Virus record (IMG/VR): IMGVR_UViG_3300025759_000061
Span: 62,001-118,833 of that record
Direction: 5' to 3' (one strand)
Source: an uncultured virus (IMG/VR IMGVR_UViG_3300025759_000061)
Taxonomy: Duplodnaviria; Heunggongvirae; Uroviricota; Caudoviricetes
Length of the DNA stretch: 56,833 bases
In this document: in pieces, positions 54,920 to 56,833 of the stretch
Layout of the letters: each line of letters opens with the position of its first letter
Position numbering within the stretch: position 1 is the stretch's first letter
Program-made: the position numbers and the translations under genes
The notes under the pieces: generated by a model
Seen by the model: the letters and a program-made list of their open reading frames with translations, nothing else
Database searches by the model: none
What the model was told of the DNA's origin: nothing

Positions 54920-54975
54920 CTCCGGTCAGCCCTTGTGGCATTCTCTGGGTATAGAGAGAAACACGAAGAAAGGAA
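54913..54975 (+). repeat. early cassette copy 7
   Basis: Same core and agagagaaacacgaagaaagga leader. Confidence 0.9.
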
Positions 54976-54976
54976 T

Positions 54977-55318
54977 ATGAAAATGGGATATGGTTTGACT
55001 GTAAAAGCTGATGAGACTCTGGGACTGATCCAGAAGAATTTCTCAGCCGGTGATGGTTCTTCAAACAGCATCAAGTTTCCAAACGGATTGACTGGGTTCT
55101 TTGAAGTGAGCCGGAAGGATCAGCCAGATGGTGGGGTTGCCGGAACCGTGCAACGTCAGTTGAATGCCAAGGAAAAATCCTACTGGGAAGCCCGTAACGT
55201 TGAAGTGACAGACACTATGGTGGTGCCTGCCGGGTCGTTCAAGATCAATGGTGATGGTAAGGTCATCCGGTTTGCCGGTCTGCCAGTTGCCAAGATCAAC
55301 AAGGAGCTTGGAGCATGA
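54977..55318 (+). CDS. hypothetical early protein
   Basis: After cassette RBS; GSFKINGDGKVIRF. Confidence 0.75.
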   Translation: MKMGYGLTVKADETLGLIQKNFSAGDGSSNSIKFPNGLTGFFEVSRKDQPDGGVAGTVQRQLNAKEKSYWEARNVEVTDTMVVPAGSFKINGDGKVIRFAGLPVAKINKELGA

Positions 55319-55644
55319 CATTACGTTCACAACCGGGAACAGAAAACAACAAAGTCAAGATTGGTGGGAAGACCACCCTTCATGGTGATCCAAAAATCAA
55401 ACCTGAGAAACCATACACCATTATCGGTTTTCCCGGTGGTGATGTTGAAATCTCACGGACCAGTGATAACAAATACTGGATTCATGTACGGGTGGAACAG
55501 GGGAGTGAACTGTTTCAAAATGGTGTTATTCTGGATGCCCGTGTAGATGCCAAGGGACGGTATACGGAAATCAATGATGTTCTCCGTACAGAACTGGACA
55601 AAGGTGATATTGATCACATTGCATTCTTGGTAGGTGAAGCATGA
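55315..55644 (+). CDS. hypothetical protein
   Basis: ATGA overlap; FPGGDVEISRT..YW. Confidence 0.75.
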   Translation: MTLRSQPGTENNKVKIGGKTTLHGDPKIKPEKPYTIIGFPGGDVEISRTSDNKYWIHVRVEQGSELFQNGVILDARVDAKGRYTEINDVLRTELDKGDIDHIAFLVGEA

Positions 55645-56369
55645 TACCCGTCAACACCACGATCAGTTTGATGCACGGAACTTCATCAGCCAACACAGCC
55701 TCTATCATAAATGAAGGTATCCAACCACGTAAGGGTTTGGGTAACTGGTATAGAGCTTATCAGAACCCTTCTGACAGCCGTTTCACATATCTGACCAATA
55801 ACCGTGCATCTGCTGATCTTTATGCCATCAGGGCTGCTCTTATCGACGGGAGTAAGTGTTCCATCGTGGAAGTCACCACGGATGATGAACCACTCTATCC
55901 GGATGAGAACTTTTTCAACAAAACCGGGCTTTATGACAAAGCCGATGCAAAGAAGATGCAGTCACGGATCAAGAGAAACAAACGAAGGTGGGTGGAGTGC
56001 CTTGAAAAAAGAGGTTTGGTGACACATCTTGGTGGGGTCCCACGTGAGAAAATAGTGAAACATGAAGAGTATGATGTCACAGAGTCACTGTTCTACTTTT
56101 TCCTGAAGCCGTTTCCGGATCACGAGAGGGATATTGACCGGTTTGATTACGTATTCAATGCTTGGTTACATATAGAACAGAACCGGTATTTCAAAGATGT
56201 TATCTTTCCTTACTTCGGAGACTTCAAAGAGATGATCAAAAATCTAACCATAGTCACTGTTGAAGAAGGAATAGAATTTCGTTTTGGAAAGAATTTCCGA
56301 GAAATATTTTTGGACGAAACATATGAAGAGTATTATGAAAGGAACTGTCTTGAAAAATCCAGCCACTAA
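55641..56369 (+). CDS. putative ADP-ribosyltransferase-fold protein (HYx/Tpt1-like)
   Basis: LMHGTS....SIINEGIQP, FTYLT, A.LYA, IVEV. Confidence 0.6.
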   Translation: MIPVNTTISLMHGTSSANTASIINEGIQPRKGLGNWYRAYQNPSDSRFTYLTNNRASADLYAIRAALIDGSKCSIVEVTTDDEPLYPDENFFNKTGLYDKADAKKMQSRIKRNKRRWVECLEKRGLVTHLGGVPREKIVKHEEYDVTESLFYFFLKPFPDHERDIDRFDYVFNAWLHIEQNRYFKDVIFPYFGDFKEMIKNLTIVTVEEGIEFRFGKNFREIFLDETYEEYYERNCLEKSSH

Positions 56370-56595
56370 ACCATCTTCCGAAATGAACGATTTCACCAAC
56401 TATGTCATTAAAAACAAAGGTTGTTTTGTCAGAGTCCGATGTGGTTTCTGGGTAAGACCGGAATTTGAAGCTGCTGAAGACGATACATGTTCCGATGGTT
56501 TTGTGACCGATTGTGGTAATTATCGTTGGAATATGGATGGAACCTCTGTCACGGGTCGTGATTATGACATGATGGAAGTTGAAAAAAGTTCTTGA
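56350..56595 (+). CDS. hypothetical protein
   Basis: TTG after GAAAGGA; start uncertain. Confidence 0.55.
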   Translation: MKNPATKPSSEMNDFTNYVIKNKGCFVRVRCGFWVRPEFEAAEDDTCSDGFVTDCGNYRWNMDGTSVTGRDYDMMEVEKSS

Positions 56596-56624
56596 CATTC
56601 GTTCAGAGAAGTGCCATAAATAGT

Positions 56625-56833
56625 CTTGTTAACGTTGAAGGAAACAAAAAGCACTTAAGACTGGGGGGCAGTACCCCACATCTCCACCATGAGCACATTG
56701 AAGTGTTGGCTGTAGAACAAAGCACTCTCGATGTTAGACAGTTTTGTAAAATGACTGATGTGCTCTTGATGGGGATGAAACAGGATCGATTAGGTGAGTA
56801 ATGAGTAACTGGAGTTAACTGGTTGGCCGACTG
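56625..56833 (+). ncRNA. ssrA: circularly permuted (two-piece) tmRNA, truncated by window end
   Basis: GAC-TGGGG-GGCAGTA-CCCCA-CATCTCC-ACCA (to 56689), intervening hairpin, then GGGGATGAAACAGGATCGA (56771); G3.U70 pair. Confidence 0.9.

Noticed and set aside
53111..54975. Repeats as a CRISPR array
   Set aside because: The spacing is irregular (hundreds of nt), each interval holds ORFs, the repeat carries -35/-10/RBS, and there are no cas genes.
56592..56801. 69-aa ORF in the ORF track
   Set aside because: It starts in a -35 box and overlaps the tmRNA.
1..56833. Alternative genetic code
   Set aside because: Core genes are full length under code 11 and end at TAA, TGA or TAG.

Overview
This is a 56.8 kb segment of a large T4-like (myovirus-type) phage genome, almost entirely coded on the + strand. 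The host is very probably an alphaproteobacterium, judged from a circularly permuted two-piece tmRNA with a GGCAGUA T-loop, AGAAAGGA Shine-Dalgarno sites and a PhaR-type box. It carries core replication and nucleotide genes: split gp43 DNA polymerase with an additional 5' frameshift, uvsX, gp41, gp61, rnh, dCMP deaminase, thyX, class II nrdJ, glutaredoxin, phoH and an exonuclease. It also has six tRNAs, a late block of probable head-internal proteins, lysis genes, and two islands of small early genes driven by a repeated promoter/stem-loop/RBS cassette. The most striking observations are: (1) the trinucleotide GCG/CGC appears to be completely absent in every frame, on both strands and even inside tRNAs/tmRNA; (2) a self-contained ~345-nt non-coding transcription unit (51415-51797) contains a tRNA mimic whose anticodon arm is replaced by a long stem with a UCCUUUCUC loop, plus a second hairpin showing the same loop, both complementary to the (A)GAGAAAGGA ribosome-binding site of the repeated early-gene cassettes; (3) a phage-borne permuted tmRNA; (4) a late-expressed RelA/SpoT-like enzyme, and polyprotein-like head proteins punctuated by prohead-protease-type sites. 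All calls come from manual reading; no database searches or counts were run.
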